Source: Methanomethylovorans hollandica DSM 15978
GTDB taxonomy: Archaea; Halobacteriota; Methanosarcinia; Methanosarcinales; Methanosarcinaceae
Direction of reading: 5' to 3'
DNA: 64,000 nucleotides
Assembly (NCBI RefSeq): GCF_000328665.1
Contig: NC_019977.1
Coordinates: 806,001-870,000 of the forward strand
Shown here: in pieces, positions 41,438 through 53,179 of the stretch
Layout: every line of letters begins with the position of its first letter
How positions within the stretch are numbered: position 1 is the stretch's first letter
Notes under the pieces: generated by a model
What the model saw: only the letters and a program-made list of their open reading frames with translations
Told to the model about the DNA's origin: nothing
Database searches by the model: none
Translations under genes and position numbers: made by a program

Positions 41438-43376
41438 TCCAAGGCAAATGAGCCGTGCTTTAATAGTTGGTCACAAAGATCTTCTCGAAAAAACAGTTGA
41501 AGTCCTTCACCAAACAAATTTATTTCAGATAGAGGACTATATTGAAGACGATTCGGGTCTTAAGATCGGCAAGCCCTTTGATAACGGGGATTCTATTTCA
41601 AAAGCATTAATCAAGATACGATCTATAGCCAGTTTTCTTGAAGTTAAGAACGAACCTGCTAAAAAACAAAAAGTTTCAACTCTTTTGCGTGATTTAGATT
41701 CAACTCTTAAAGTTCTGGACACGGAGGTTTCCACAAAAACAGAAACAAAGAGTGGACTGGAGACCAGGGTCAAGGAAATAGAATCTCTTAAGAAGGATTT
41801 ATTACCGTTTGCGGATATTCCGCTTGATCTTGATCTATATCGAGGTTATGATAATCTGGCAATATTCCCTGGTATTGTAAAGGGAAATATTGAGAATGAG
41901 ATCTCCGGCATAACAGGATCCTATGAGTTGTTCACAGATCATAAATCAGGGACTATTGTGCTATTTGTGCCAAAGAGGCATAAAGAAGATGTTTCTAAAG
42001 CTCTTTCTGATTATGAGTACCGGGAACTTAAAGTCCCTGATCAGAAGGGTATGCCTGCAGAAATCATTTCAAGGATCGATTCAGAAAGAACTGATCTTCT
42101 CAGGCAGATTGACGGCATAGATTCAGATATCAGATTGCTTAAGGATAAATATAAGGACTTTATCATGGCAAGCAATGAGGTGCTTTCTATAGAGGTTGAT
42201 AAATCTGAAGCTCCTCTGCACATTGCCACATCTGAAAGTACTTTCGTAATTGAGGGTTGGGTTCCTTCAGACAGTTATAACAAGCTAGAAAGGGCAGTTT
42301 CCAGAGCGACCCAGGATCGTGTGTTCGTAACACAGCAGGAAATAGAGCATGAACAGGAACCAATTGTCCCTGTAGAGTATGATAATCCCAAGGTTGTCAG
42401 ACCTTTGCAGGAGATTATGAACCTGTATGCACGTCCCAGATACAAGGAGTTAGATCCTACAAGCCTTATATTCATCACTTTCCCATTGTTCTACGGCATG
42501 ATCCTTGGTGACATTGGCTATGCCCTTATCCTGATGGCACTTGCTTTAGTTATCAAGAAAACAGTGAAATCTGATGCAGTCAAGCCTCTTATGAATATAC
42601 TTATCTATTGTCAGATATCAACTTTCATATTTGGTATCCTTTATGGTGAGTTCTTAGGATTCCCTCTTGCAGGTCTCGTCTCTCACGGGGAGATTCAGGC
42701 TGGTCTGATCCCTGGTTTTAATACCATTGACTTATTTGCTTCTCCTGTAGGCGGAGAGATGATAACTTATCCCATACACCGGACTCATCTCGTAATGACA
42801 ATGATAGTATTTACAGCATTGATCGGTGTGATCCACATTAACATTGGATACATCCTGGGATTCATAAACGAGAACAGAAAGCATGGATTCTCTGCAGCTC
42901 TTCTTGAGAAGGGCAGCTGGATAATTATTCAGCTCGGAATACTTCTTGTAGTTCTTGGTTACTTCGGGATATTACCATCGGCATTACTATATGCTGGTAT
43001 AATAGTATTCCTGGCAGGTTTTGTGATGCTGCTTAAAGGTGAAGGTATCAAAGGACCTGTGGAATTACCTTCCTTATTAAGCAACTCTTTATCCTACACT
43101 CGTTTGATAGCTGTAGGATTATCTTCCATTTATATTGCGTCTACTGTCAACATGATCGCATTCGAGATGATATGGCCTGATAAATTTGGACCTATGACAG
43201 TATTTGCAATACTTGTATTCATATTCGGGCATGCTTTAAACACTGTCCTGAGTATTATTGCCCCCGGACTGCACGCTTTGAGGTTGCAGTACGTAGAGTT
43301 CTTCGGAAAGTTCTACGAGGGAGGCGGACGTAAATATGATCCATTTGGATATATCAGAAAATACACGGAGGAATAA
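41430..43376 (+). CDS. ahaI: A1AO ATP synthase subunit I (a)
   Basis: PRYKELDPT, FYGMILGDIGY, SYTRLIAVG, LHALRLQYVEFFGKFYEGGG. Confidence 0.95.
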   Translation: MLNPRQMSRALIVGHKDLLEKTVEVLHQTNLFQIEDYIEDDSGLKIGKPFDNGDSISKALIKIRSIASFLEVKNEPAKKQKVSTLLRDLDSTLKVLDTEVSTKTETKSGLETRVKEIESLKKDLLPFADIPLDLDLYRGYDNLAIFPGIVKGNIENEISGITGSYELFTDHKSGTIVLFVPKRHKEDVSKALSDYEYRELKVPDQKGMPAEIISRIDSERTDLLRQIDGIDSDIRLLKDKYKDFIMASNEVLSIEVDKSEAPLHIATSESTFVIEGWVPSDSYNKLERAVSRATQDRVFVTQQEIEHEQEPIVPVEYDNPKVVRPLQEIMNLYARPRYKELDPTSLIFITFPLFYGMILGDIGYALILMALALVIKKTVKSDAVKPLMNILIYCQISTFIFGILYGEFLGFPLAGLVSHGEIQAGLIPGFNTIDLFASPVGGEMITYPIHRTHLVMTMIVFTALIGVIHINIGYILGFINENRKHGFSAALLEKGSWIIIQLGILLVVLGYFGILPSALLYAGIIVFLAGFVMLLKGEGIKGPVELPSLLSNSLSYTRLIAVGLSSIYIASTVNMIAFEMIWPDKFGPMTVFAILVFIFGHALNTVLSIIAPGLHALRLQYVEFFGKFYEGGGRKYDPFGYIRKYTEE

Positions 43377-43380
43377 TTAA

Positions 43381-43617
<237 letters not shown>

Positions 43618-43665
43618 GTTGATTTAAGAGCATATTTGCTCTTAAATTCTTTAAAGGTGTTGAGC

Positions 43666-44217
43666 ATGGGACTTGAAACTGTTGTTAAAGATATCATGGA
43701 TGCTGCTAATGCTGAGGTATCCAGAATTAAAGCACAGACCGATGCTGAAGTTTTAGAGATCATCGAGGAAGCTAAAGACGAATCTAAACGCATAATGGGC
43801 GAAAGTCTTGCAAAAGCTGAAGACGATATCAAAAGAATGAAGCAGCAAGAAATATCCAGTGCAAATCTTGAAGTAAAACGCACTTTGCTCAATGCACGCA
43901 AGGGAACACTTGAAGAAGTGTATGACCGTTCATTTGAAATCATTTCTTCATTACCGGAATCTAAGGATAAGGAATTGTTGAATATTATCATTATGAACAA
44001 TGAATCCAAAGGTAAGAGGATATACTCCAATGCGAAATCAGAAAAACTCGTAAGGGAACTATCTTCACTGGAATATGCCGGTAACATTAATTGTGCAGGT
44101 GGTGTGGTCATAGAAAACGAGGATGGAACTATCCGTCTAGATTATACTTATGATGTGATCCTGAAAGGCGTGAATGAGCAGTTTTTGAAACAGACATCTG
44201 ACATTTTATTCGGGTGA
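43666..44217 (+). CDS. ahaE: A1AO ATP synthase subunit E
   Basis: MGLETVVKDI, ISSANLEVKR, GGVVIENEDG.IRLDYTY. Confidence 0.92.
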   Translation: MGLETVVKDIMDAANAEVSRIKAQTDAEVLEIIEEAKDESKRIMGESLAKAEDDIKRMKQQEISSANLEVKRTLLNARKGTLEEVYDRSFEIISSLPESKDKELLNIIIMNNESKGKRIYSNAKSEKLVRELSSLEYAGNINCAGGVVIENEDGTIRLDYTYDVILKGVNEQFLKQTSDILFG

Positions 44218-44224
44218 TTCTTAT

Positions 44225-45304
44225 ATGCGGCTGTTGCAGAGATTGAAGCATGGGCTGAATTCCCAGAAATCACGGCCTCAAGGGCATTCCAACTATGCAT
44301 ATACTACGGCACGTGTACGTGCAATGAAAAGCAAGTTACTTCCTCAGGAAACATACCCCAGGCTAATGAACATGCAGATCGCTGAGATCACAAGGTTCAT
44401 TCAAGAGGTTGAATACAAAGAGGATGTTGATCAACTTGCAAGATTATATGAAGGTGTCGACCTTATTGAGCATGCACTTAACAGGAACCTGGCGGTTACC
44501 TTCACTAAGTTAATCAGTATTTCAGAAGGCGAACTGAATTTTCTTATATCTGAATATTTAAAGAAATATGATATTTGGAACATCAAGACCATCCTTCGTG
44601 GAAAACGTTGTGGTGCATCAACGGATGAGATCCTTGAAGCAGTTGTTACAGCAGGCCGCCTAAGTTATACTTTCACTTCGGAATTGGCTGCGAAATCCAC
44701 ATATGAGGATGTCATTGCGGCGCTGTCTACAAGTGAATACTACTTGATTTTGAAGGATTATAATGGGGAAAATCTGTCGGAGATCGAGAACCTCCTTGAT
44801 AAGAAATATTATTATGACTTGTTCCAGTCCATAGGGAATCCAAAATCCAAAGACCGGAAACTTTTCAATAAATTCATCAGGACAGATATCGACTTAAAGA
44901 ACCTGGTTACAATATTCAGACTTAAGAAATATGGGATCTCAGATCCATCGGCAGCAGACCTTCTAATAGAAGGTGGGCTCAAACTAAAGATAAGGGATAT
45001 TGAGAGAATGCTTTCTTTATCATTTGAAGATTTCCTTTCCGAACTGGAGAAAACTCCTTACTGGGAAGAAATATCTAGTTGCTGCAGCGTAAAAATGGAT
45101 TCTTTGATAGATCTTGAAACAAGGATTAAGAAACTTAGGTTAAAATCTGCAGAAAGTTTCTCTCATGTCTATCCACTTTCTATTGTACCTATAATGGACT
45201 ATATACTCAGCAAAGAAAATGAGGTAGGCAATCTGCGTATGATCATTCGTGGGAAGGCAGTTGGTCTTAGTGATGAAGAAATTAAAAATCAGTTGGTGAT
45301 CTGA
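44225..45304 (+). CDS. ahaC: A1AO ATP synthase subunit C
   Basis: [43 protein letters not shown]. Confidence 0.93.
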   Translation: MRLLQRLKHGLNSQKSRPQGHSNYAYTTARVRAMKSKLLPQETYPRLMNMQIAEITRFIQEVEYKEDVDQLARLYEGVDLIEHALNRNLAVTFTKLISISEGELNFLISEYLKKYDIWNIKTILRGKRCGASTDEILEAVVTAGRLSYTFTSELAAKSTYEDVIAALSTSEYYLILKDYNGENLSEIENLLDKKYYYDLFQSIGNPKSKDRKLFNKFIRTDIDLKNLVTIFRLKKYGISDPSAADLLIEGGLKLKIRDIERMLSLSFEDFLSELEKTPYWEEISSCCSVKMDSLIDLETRIKKLRLKSAESFSHVYPLSIVPIMDYILSKENEVGNLRMIIRGKAVGLSDEEIKNQLVI

Positions 45305-45606
45305 TGGAGCTTGCAGTTGTAGGTAGCAGCGAGTTTGTCACTGGATTCAGGCTGGCTGGAATTAAGAAGATCTTTGAAGTTAATAATCATATAGAACTTG
45401 AACCTACTGTAAAAAAAGTGCTTGAGGATAGGGATATTGGAATACTTGTGTTACATGGGGATGACCTGTCCAAACTACCGGAGATGTTGAGGAACACGAT
45501 CAATGAATCTGTTGAACCGACTGTTGTTACTCTGGGAGGTAGTGGTCAAAGTTCGAACTTAAGGCAAAAGATAAAACAATCGGTAGGTGTAGATCTGTGG
45601 AAATAA
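45304..45606 (+). CDS. ahaF: A1AO ATP synthase subunit F
   Basis: [27 protein letters not shown]. Confidence 0.94.
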   Translation: MELAVVGSSEFVTGFRLAGIKKIFEVNNHIELEPTVKKVLEDRDIGILVLHGDDLSKLPEMLRNTINESVEPTVVTLGGSGQSSNLRQKIKQSVGVDLWK

Positions 45607-47333
45607 AAGGTGAAATTTATCGTGTGGCTGGACCAGTCGTTACTATTCAAGGTATCAAACCAAAGATGTATGATGTGGTCAAGGTTGGTCACGAAGGATT
45701 GATGGGCGAGGTCATTAGGATCGAAGGTGACAAGGCCACAGTTCAGGTATACGAGGACACATCTGGTATCAAGCCAGGTGAGCCTGTGGAGAATACAGGT
45801 ACGTCCCTTTCAGTGGAACTAGGTCCGGGTCTGCTGGAAAGTATTTATGACGGCATTCAGAGACCGTTGAAGGTTCTCCAAGAACAAATGGGGGATTTCA
45901 TTCAGAGAGGTGTATCTGCTAACGGACTTGACAGGGACAAGAAATGGGATTTCAAACCCGTTGTCAATATAGGGGATAAGGTAAAAGGTGGAGAAGTTAT
46001 CGGTCTTGTACAGGAAACCGAGAATATAGAGCACAAGATCATGGTCCCTCCAAAAGTATCAGGTACAGTATCTGAAATAAAAAGCGGTAAGTTCACTGTT
46101 GATGAAACTGTTTGTGTTCTTGCAGACGGCACTGAACTGCAGATGATGCAGAAGTGGCCTGTCAGAGCACCAAGGCCAGTAAGCAAGAAGCTCTTACCTA
46201 AGACCCCTCTTATTACCGGTCAAAGAATTCTGGATGGCCTTTTCCCGGTTGCAAAAGGAGGAACTGCTGCTATTCCAGGACCATTTGGTTCAGGAAAGAC
46301 AGTTACTCAGCAGCAGCTTGCCAAGTGGAGTGATACGGATATTGTGGTCTACATAGGTTGCGGAGAGCGTGGGAACGAGATGGCTGATGTGCTGAATGAA
46401 TTCCCTGAACTGCAGGACCCTAAGACCGGCCGTCCGCTGATGGAACGTACTGTGCTCATAGCAAATACTTCAAACATGCCTGTGGCTGCCCGTGAAGCAT
46501 CGGTGTATACTGGTATCACTATCGCCGAATATTATCGTGATATGGGATATGATGTGTCTCTCATGGCAGACTCTTCTTCCAGATGGGCAGAAGCTATGAG
46601 AGAAATTTCTTCAAGGCTTGAAGAGATGCCTGGTGAAGAAGGTTATCCAGCTTATTTGTCAGCAAGACTATCAGAGTTCTATGAGAGAGCAGGTTATGTG
46701 AAATCCCTGGCAGGGGTGGAAGGTTCCATAACAGTTATCGGTGCAGTTTCTCCGCCAGGTGGTGACTTCTCCGAACCGGTCACACAGAACACTTTACGTA
46801 TTGTGAAGGTTTTCTGGGCTCTTGATGCAAAACTTGCGCAAAGAAGGCACTTCCCGTCCATTAACTGGCTTACCAGTTACAGTCTTTATAACAACTCGCT
46901 TTCAGGATGGTTTAGTGAGAACGTAGCTCCGGATTGGAACGATCTCAGAGATAATGCAATTGACTTACTCCAGCGTGAATCCGAACTCCAGGAGATTGTG
47001 CAGCTCGTAGGTTCGGATGCTCTTCCAGAGGACCAGCAGCTGATCTTGGAAATATGCCGTATGATCCGTGAATATTTCCTGCAGCAGAATGCATACCATC
47101 CTGTGGACACTTACTGTTCATTCGACAAGCAGTACAAATTGCTAAAAGCCATCTTCAAGTACAGTGACATGGCGACAACTGCTCTTACATCAGGTGTCCC
47201 AATGACAGATATTCTGTCCCTTCAATCCAAGGATGAACTTGCAAAGGTCAAGTTCGAAGAAAACTTCGGGAAAGCACTTGATGAGGTCCTGATAAAGATG
47301 GATTCTGAGTTCGCAAAGCTGGGAGGCAATTAA
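45597..47333 (+). CDS. ahaA: A1AO ATP synthase subunit A
   Basis: [30 protein letters not shown]; no intein. Confidence 0.97.
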   Translation: MEIKGEIYRVAGPVVTIQGIKPKMYDVVKVGHEGLMGEVIRIEGDKATVQVYEDTSGIKPGEPVENTGTSLSVELGPGLLESIYDGIQRPLKVLQEQMGDFIQRGVSANGLDRDKKWDFKPVVNIGDKVKGGEVIGLVQETENIEHKIMVPPKVSGTVSEIKSGKFTVDETVCVLADGTELQMMQKWPVRAPRPVSKKLLPKTPLITGQRILDGLFPVAKGGTAAIPGPFGSGKTVTQQQLAKWSDTDIVVYIGCGERGNEMADVLNEFPELQDPKTGRPLMERTVLIANTSNMPVAAREASVYTGITIAEYYRDMGYDVSLMADSSSRWAEAMREISSRLEEMPGEEGYPAYLSARLSEFYERAGYVKSLAGVEGSITVIGAVSPPGGDFSEPVTQNTLRIVKVFWALDAKLAQRRHFPSINWLTSYSLYNNSLSGWFSENVAPDWNDLRDNAIDLLQRESELQEIVQLVGSDALPEDQQLILEICRMIREYFLQQNAYHPVDTYCSFDKQYKLLKAIFKYSDMATTALTSGVPMTDILSLQSKDELAKVKFEENFGKALDEVLIKMDSEFAKLGGN

Positions 47334-47334
47334 A

Positions 47335-48717
47335 ATGACCAAGGAATATAAGACTATAGTAGAGGTATCAGGCCCTCTAATATTCATTGCGAAGACCGAA
47401 CCAGTGGGTTACAATGAACTTGTGAATATCAAACTGCCTGATGGCAGTACTAAAAGAGGTCAGGTACTTGACACATCAGCTGACATCGTAGTTGTGCAGG
47501 TATTCGAAGGCACAGGCGGACTCAACGAAGAATCGGGGGTTGTATTTACCGGTGAGACCGTTAAGCTGCCTGTTTCAAAGGACATGCTGGGTCGTATCCT
47601 TTCAGGCTCTGGTGAGCCTCTTGATGGTGGACCCCGTATAGTTCCTGAAGACAGGCTCGATGTGAATGGTGCATCAATGAACCCATATTCAAGGATGCCC
47701 CCTGAGGAGTTCATCCAAACGGGTATCTCCACGATCGATGGAACTAATACGCTCGTAAGAGGCCAGAAACTGCCTATCTTCTCTGGTTCCGGTCTTCCGC
47801 ACAACGAGATAGCTCTGCAGATCGCACGACAGGCAAAGGTGCCAGGTTCAGAAGAACCTTTTGCAGTAGTGTTTGCCGCAATGGGCATTACCAATGAGGA
47901 AGCACAGTACTTCATGGAGGATTTCGAAAAGACCGGTGCTCTGGAAAGAGCAGTGGTGTTCCTGAACCTTGCTGATGACCCTGCTGTCGAGCGTATTATC
48001 ACTCCAAGGCTGGCTCTTACAGCAGCTGAATATCTTGCATATCAACATGATATGCACGTGCTTGTTATCCTTACGGACATCACCAACTATTGTGAGGCAT
48101 TGCGTCAAATGGGTGCAGCCCGTGAAGAAGTGCCTGGACGTAGAGGTTACCCTGGTTACATGTACACTGATCTGGCCTCCCTCTATGAGCGTGCAGGTGT
48201 CATAAAAGGTACGAAAGGATCTGTTACACAGTTCTCCATTCTTACAATGCCAGGTGACGATATAACTCACCCCATTCCGGACCTTTCCGGTTACATTACC
48301 GAAGGTCAGATCGTGGTTTCAAGAGAACTGCATAGAAAAGGTATCTATCCTCCTATCAACGTGCTACCATCTTTGTCCCGTCTTATGAACTCCGGTATCG
48401 GTGCAGGTAGGACCAGGGATGATCACAAGGCAGTTTCAGACCAGATGTATGCAGCATACGCAGAAGGCCGTGACCTCAGAGGACTAGTGGCTATCGTGGG
48501 CAAGGACGCATTGTCTGAGAGAGACCAGAGGATCCTGGAATTTGCAGATCTGTTCGAGGACAGGTTCGTGCGTCAGGGAAGGGAAGAGGACAGATCCATT
48601 GAGGATACACTGAACGTTGCATGGTCTATTCTTTCAGAGCTTCCGGAAGCTCTGCTCACAAGGGTAGACAACAAGTTCATAGAGAAATACCACCCTGCTC
48701 ACAAGAAGAGCAACTAA
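47335..48717 (+). CDS. ahaB: A1AO ATP synthase subunit B
   Basis: [37 protein letters not shown]. Confidence 0.97.
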   Translation: MTKEYKTIVEVSGPLIFIAKTEPVGYNELVNIKLPDGSTKRGQVLDTSADIVVVQVFEGTGGLNEESGVVFTGETVKLPVSKDMLGRILSGSGEPLDGGPRIVPEDRLDVNGASMNPYSRMPPEEFIQTGISTIDGTNTLVRGQKLPIFSGSGLPHNEIALQIARQAKVPGSEEPFAVVFAAMGITNEEAQYFMEDFEKTGALERAVVFLNLADDPAVERIITPRLALTAAEYLAYQHDMHVLVILTDITNYCEALRQMGAAREEVPGRRGYPGYMYTDLASLYERAGVIKGTKGSVTQFSILTMPGDDITHPIPDLSGYITEGQIVVSRELHRKGIYPPINVLPSLSRLMNSGIGAGRTRDDHKAVSDQMYAAYAEGRDLRGLVAIVGKDALSERDQRILEFADLFEDRFVRQGREEDRSIEDTLNVAWSILSELPEALLTRVDNKFIEKYHPAHKKSN

Positions 48718-48737
48718 AGGGAACCTGGTGAACGAAC

Positions 48738-49355
48738 ATGGGCGCAAAGGATGTTAAACCAACCCGTTCAGAGCTTATAGAGCTCAAGAAGAAGATCCAG
48801 CTCTCTCAGAGTGGCCACAAGTTACTTAAAATGAAGAGGGATGGACTGATCCTTGAGTTCTTCGAGATCCTAAGTAAAGCAAAGGATGTCAGGTCTGAGC
48901 TGGACCAGGCCTATGAAGTGGCAAATAAGAAAATAGGTATTGCAAACGCTGTTGACGGTATCTTTACCGTCAAATCCACAGCTTTCGCCCTGCAGAACAT
49001 TCCCCAGATAGAACTTGAAAGCCGTAACATAATGGGTGTTGTGGTCCCGAAGATTGAGTCCTCCAGTGTACGTAAATCCATAGAGGAACGTGGTTATGGT
49101 ATACTGGGAACCAGTTCCTATACCGATGAGGCTGCAGACGCCTATGAGGTGCTGGTGGAGAACATCATTGTTGCAGCAGAGATAGAAACTACTATGAAGA
49201 AACTGCTCGATGATATCGAAAAGACCAAACGCCGTGTAAATGCTCTTGAGTTCAAGGTAATTCCTGAACTGCAGGAATCTATGGACTTCATAAAACTTCG
49301 TCTTGAAGAGATGGAAAGAGAGAACACTTTCAGGCTCAAGAAGATCAAAGGATAA
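48738..49355 (+). CDS. ahaD: A1AO ATP synthase subunit D
   Basis: VKPTRSEL, GHKLLKMKRD, TKRRVNALE, EMERENTFRLK. Confidence 0.96.
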   Translation: MGAKDVKPTRSELIELKKKIQLSQSGHKLLKMKRDGLILEFFEILSKAKDVRSELDQAYEVANKKIGIANAVDGIFTVKSTAFALQNIPQIELESRNIMGVVVPKIESSSVRKSIEERGYGILGTSSYTDEAADAYEVLVENIIVAAEIETTMKKLLDDIEKTKRRVNALEFKVIPELQESMDFIKLRLEEMERENTFRLKKIKG

Positions 49356-49384
49356 GATTCTCGTATATGGGATCTGAAAAACCT

Positions 49385-49420
49385 GAAGAAGATCGGCCCA
49401 ATTTGGCCGACCGTCTCTTC
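49385..49420. terminator. Hairpin downstream of ATP synthase operon
   Basis: TCGGCC-caattt-GGCCGA core with GAAGA/TCTTC outer arms. Confidence 0.45.
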
Positions 49421-49558
49421 ATAGAACTTGGAAAGCCTCATAATCTGGCACGGATTTTAAGGTGGGCCTGGCTCATCTCACTAATCATACTGGTTTTGGG
49501 CTATTTCCTTATATTTTTACATCTTTCAGGCAAATTAGATATTTGATTATTTCATTTT

Positions 49559-50038
49559 TTATTTCTTTGTTGACCTTAAACTGTTCAGCACAGCTTGTGC
49601 ATGGTCTTTTGTTTTCACATTGTCCCATATCTCTGCAATGTTACCTTCCGGGTCGATCAGAAATGTTGTTCTGACAGTGCCCATTGATTCCTTTCCCATG
49701 AATTTTTTCAGGCGCCATACATCGTATAGCTTATGCACAGCGATCTCTGTATCAGAAAGCAGTGTTATTCCTATTTCCTTTTTCTCCATGAATTTCTGAT
49801 GCGAGGTTATACTGTCCCGGCTCACGCCCAGGATCATTGCTCCTTCATCTTCAAAAGCGTCTTTAAGTGAAGTGAAGTCCTGAGCCTCCTTTGTGCATCC
49901 TGTTGTATTATCCCTGGGATAAAAATAAAGTACGACCCATTTCCCTTTAAGGTCTTTGAGGCATTTTTCGTTTCCATTCTGGTCTGGCAGGCAGAATAAA
50001 GGTGCTTTCAAGCCTTGAGATAGTGAATTTTTTGACAT
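49559..50038 (-). CDS. bcp: Peroxiredoxin BCP/PrxQ
   Basis: WVVLYFYPRDNTTGCTKEA, GVSRD, RTTFLIDPEG. Confidence 0.92.
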   Translation of the reverse strand: MSKNSLSQGLKAPLFCLPDQNGNEKCLKDLKGKWVVLYFYPRDNTTGCTKEAQDFTSLKDAFEDEGAMILGVSRDSITSHQKFMEKKEIGITLLSDTEIAVHKLYDVWRLKKFMGKESMGTVRTTFLIDPEGNIAEIWDNVKTKDHAQAVLNSLRSTKK

Positions 50039-50187
50039 TATATTTTCCTTTGTATATTATCTTGTTTTGTTTGTAATTAGAATTTGATCATGGATTTTCC
50101 AATTAGTATTTATCCAAGCAGGTATAGTTTATTCCATTTATCATATAATGACGATATATACAGCCTTTTTGGCTTAGAGGGTAGAAA

Positions 50188-51450
50188 ATGGTATCAAAAG
50201 CACTCCCTTTCACAAAAGAAAAGATCTCTGAGATAATTGCACAATATCCCACACCTTTCCATCTGTATGATGAGAACGGTATCAGGGAAAATGCCCGCAG
50301 GCTCAAGGAAGCTTTCAGCATACTGGAAGGTTTCCAGGAGTTCTTTGCTGTGAAAGCTCTTCCAAACCCCTATATTATAAAGATCCTCAAGGAAGAGGGG
50401 TTTGGAGCAGATTGCAGTTCTCTGCCTGAGTTATTGCTTGCAGAGAATACCGGCATCGTGGGAGAATCTATTATGTTCAGTTCAAATGACACTCCGGCAG
50501 ATGAGTTCAGGAAGGCCAAAGAACTGGGTGCTATAATAAATCTCGATGATGTAAGCCATATCAAATTCCTGGAAGATGAGGCCGGCCTGCCGGAACTTGT
50601 ATGCTGCAGGTATAACCCGGGCCCTCTGAAGGAAGGCAATGCAATAATCGGCCGACCTGAGGAAGCCAAGTATGGCTTTACCCGTGAGCAGCTCTTTGAG
50701 GGATACAGGTACATGAGGGATAAAGGTGTGAAGAGATTTGGCCTACACACCATGGTAGCATCCAATGAGTTAAACCCACGGTATTTTGTAGAAACGGCAA
50801 AGCTCCTTTTCGAGCTTATAGCTGATATTTCCGGTGAGCTTGGTATAAAGTTCGAGTTCGTGAACCTTGGGGGAGGCATTGGTATACCTTATCATCCGAA
50901 GCAAGAGCCTGTGCCTTATGATGTCATTGCCAGGGGCGTCAGGGAGGAGTATGCAAAGATCATTGAATCGAACGGTTTGGCTCCTCTTAAGATCTATCTG
51001 GAATGCGGACGTGTGATAACAGGTCCTTATGGATATCTTGTTACAACAGTACGTCACATGAAACATATCTATAAGGACTACGTCGGCACTGACGCATGTA
51101 TGGCCAACCTCATGAGGCCCGGTCTATATGGTGCATATCACCACATTACCGTTCTTGGCAAGGAGGACGAGCAGCCGTGTTTCAAGTACGATGTCACTGG
51201 TTCTCTATGTGAGAATAATGACAAGTTTGCCATTGATAGGATGCTTCCGCAAGTGCAGCGTGGAGATATTCTGGTCATCCATGACACTGGAGCTCATGGC
51301 TATGCTATGGGTTTCAACTACAATGGTAAACTCCGATCTGCAGAGATCCTGCTAAGACAAGATGGCAGCTTTGCACAGATCCGCAGGGCTGAGACTGTGG
51401 ATGACTATTTTGTGACGCTGGATATGGCTGGTCTTAACAGTTTCAGTTAA
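50188..51450 (+). CDS. lysA: Diaminopimelate decarboxylase
   Basis: TPFHLYDE, FAVKALPN, NLGGGIG, ECGR, GSLCENND, GFNYNG. Confidence 0.93.
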   Translation: MVSKALPFTKEKISEIIAQYPTPFHLYDENGIRENARRLKEAFSILEGFQEFFAVKALPNPYIIKILKEEGFGADCSSLPELLLAENTGIVGESIMFSSNDTPADEFRKAKELGAIINLDDVSHIKFLEDEAGLPELVCCRYNPGPLKEGNAIIGRPEEAKYGFTREQLFEGYRYMRDKGVKRFGLHTMVASNELNPRYFVETAKLLFELIADISGELGIKFEFVNLGGGIGIPYHPKQEPVPYDVIARGVREEYAKIIESNGLAPLKIYLECGRVITGPYGYLVTTVRHMKHIYKDYVGTDACMANLMRPGLYGAYHHITVLGKEDEQPCFKYDVTGSLCENNDKFAIDRMLPQVQRGDILVIHDTGAHGYAMGFNYNGKLRSAEILLRQDGSFAQIRRAETVDDYFVTLDMAGLNSFS

Positions 51451-51518
51451 AACACAATTTTTATGATGGATATAAATTTTCCATCATTTTTATATATCTA
51501 ACTATTTATATATATATT

Positions 51519-51734
51519 ATGAAGCCTGCCCTTATCTTTGATATGGATGGGGTGCTTGTAGATTCCATGCATCTGCATGTAGCTGCTTGTGAGATGGCAT
51601 TTTCAGAAGCATGTATCCATATATCTCCTGAATTAATTTATGAGCCTGCGGGGTCAAATGATAGGGGTATTATGGAAAAGATGCTGTCTTATTTCAGCTC
51701 TCCTGATGAAATACTGTTGTATATCAAAAAGTAA
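51519..51734 (+). pseudogene. Truncated HAD-superfamily phosphatase
   Basis: Motif I LIFDMDGVLVDS present but only 71 aa; motifs II-IV absent. Confidence 0.7.
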
Positions 51735-51863
51735 CTGACTTTTTATCTTCACAGAACATTTAATCACCAGGTGACGAAAAGAATATAGAGCTTGAAACTG
51801 ATATAAATTTGATATTGCACAGATCAAAGAATACTTTGGAATTTATAATCTATATGTGTGTAG

Positions 51864-52214
51864 ATGGTCGAGGTGAATAATATGAGGATGCTGGAGGAGT
51901 TTTTCCCGGAATTCGCACAGAAGCTGGATGAGGTCGATGAGATATACAGGGACAAAAGAACAATTGATGAAAAGACATATCAATTCATCTGTTTTGCTCT
52001 TTCAATTAAAGCCCGCTCAAAACCCTGTGTACTTAAACATTTCAAAGGTGCTCTTGAAGCAGGCGCAACTGTGAAAGAATTGACCTATATCCTGGCTTTG
52101 ACAATGCGTGAGGCCGCAGGTGCGGATGACTGCTGGACCCATGATGTCATAGGCGAGTGGAAAGAAATCCTTAAAGGCAACATATCCTGCTGTTGTGCAG
52201 GAGACAAAGATTAA
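51864..52214 (+). CDS. Carboxymuconolactone decarboxylase / AhpD family protein
   Basis: IDEKTYQFICFALSI, CVLKHFKGALEAGAT..EL; C-terminal CCC. Confidence 0.85.
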   Translation: MVEVNNMRMLEEFFPEFAQKLDEVDEIYRDKRTIDEKTYQFICFALSIKARSKPCVLKHFKGALEAGATVKELTYILALTMREAAGADDCWTHDVIGEWKEILKGNISCCCAGDKD

Positions 52215-52493
52215 GTCTACGGCTTTTTTCCTGCTTTTTACTTTTTTATAACCTTTCATTTTCTGATGACTATTTTTTCCAGTATCCAGCATCTTTTTTG
52301 CTGTATGATCAAGGACATTTCGCTTTCGTCATACACGGAACAGAATTTGAACTTATTTTAGTGTCTAAAATGCAAAAAATGGAACATTGGCTTGAAACAC
52401 ATATAATAATATTATAAGAATAGTGGTGAAAAATACTATCCCTTCAATACTTAAAAAGGAAAGAGGGGATAATACTTTTCTTTTTGAGATGTA

Positions 52494-52841
52494 TTAGTCT
52501 TTATTTTCAGTTTTCCGGAGGTTTTTCATTCTTTCAAGTTCAGCTTCAAGTTCCTGTATCTTAGTCTCATCGATCCTTGCCTCCAGGTTCGAGAGCTGCT
52601 TGTCGGCTTTCAGGACCGCAGCACGGATCTTTTCTACAATGTTCTTCTCCAGATCAAGCTTCTGTTTTTTAGTTTCGCTAACCAGGTCCTCCACCAGTGT
52701 CTTGCCCTCTTCTTTGCTCAGAGCGCCGGTATCAATCTTTTCCTTAACGAACTCTCTTATTCTCTCTTCAGACAATGCTGCTAATCCTGCACCTATAAGA
52801 GCAGCTGCACCAAGAATACCTACTTTTTTCATTTTATCCAT
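52494..52841 (-). CDS. Phasin-like (COG3937-type) helical protein
   Basis: IGAGLAALSEERIREFVKE...GALSKEEGKTLVEDL followed by coiled coil. Confidence 0.65.
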   Translation of the reverse strand: MDKMKKVGILGAAALIGAGLAALSEERIREFVKEKIDTGALSKEEGKTLVEDLVSETKKQKLDLEKNIVEKIRAAVLKADKQLSNLEARIDETKIQELEAELERMKNLRKTENKD

Positions 52842-53179
52842 GTACTGAACCCCCTTGTATATTTCAGGATCATTATGATTACAGTTCAGGTCTCCTGCCA
52901 GAACTTAAATGCCATAAATGGAAAAATATCCATATAGGACAAATCTGTGATCCTTTTGATAAGCCAGGTTAAAATTTCCTATAAAAGATATGCACAATTG
53001 TAATATAAATATAGTGGGTTATATCGAAGAAGAATACTTATCAATGATTATTATACCTCAATCTCGCATATTGCTCTATCAAGAGTTATCTAAAAATATG
53101 AAAATCTAATCAACAGATAGAACTCTATATTATATGTTAAGTTTGTTTATTTAAACTCTTTTAGAAACATTCAATTACT

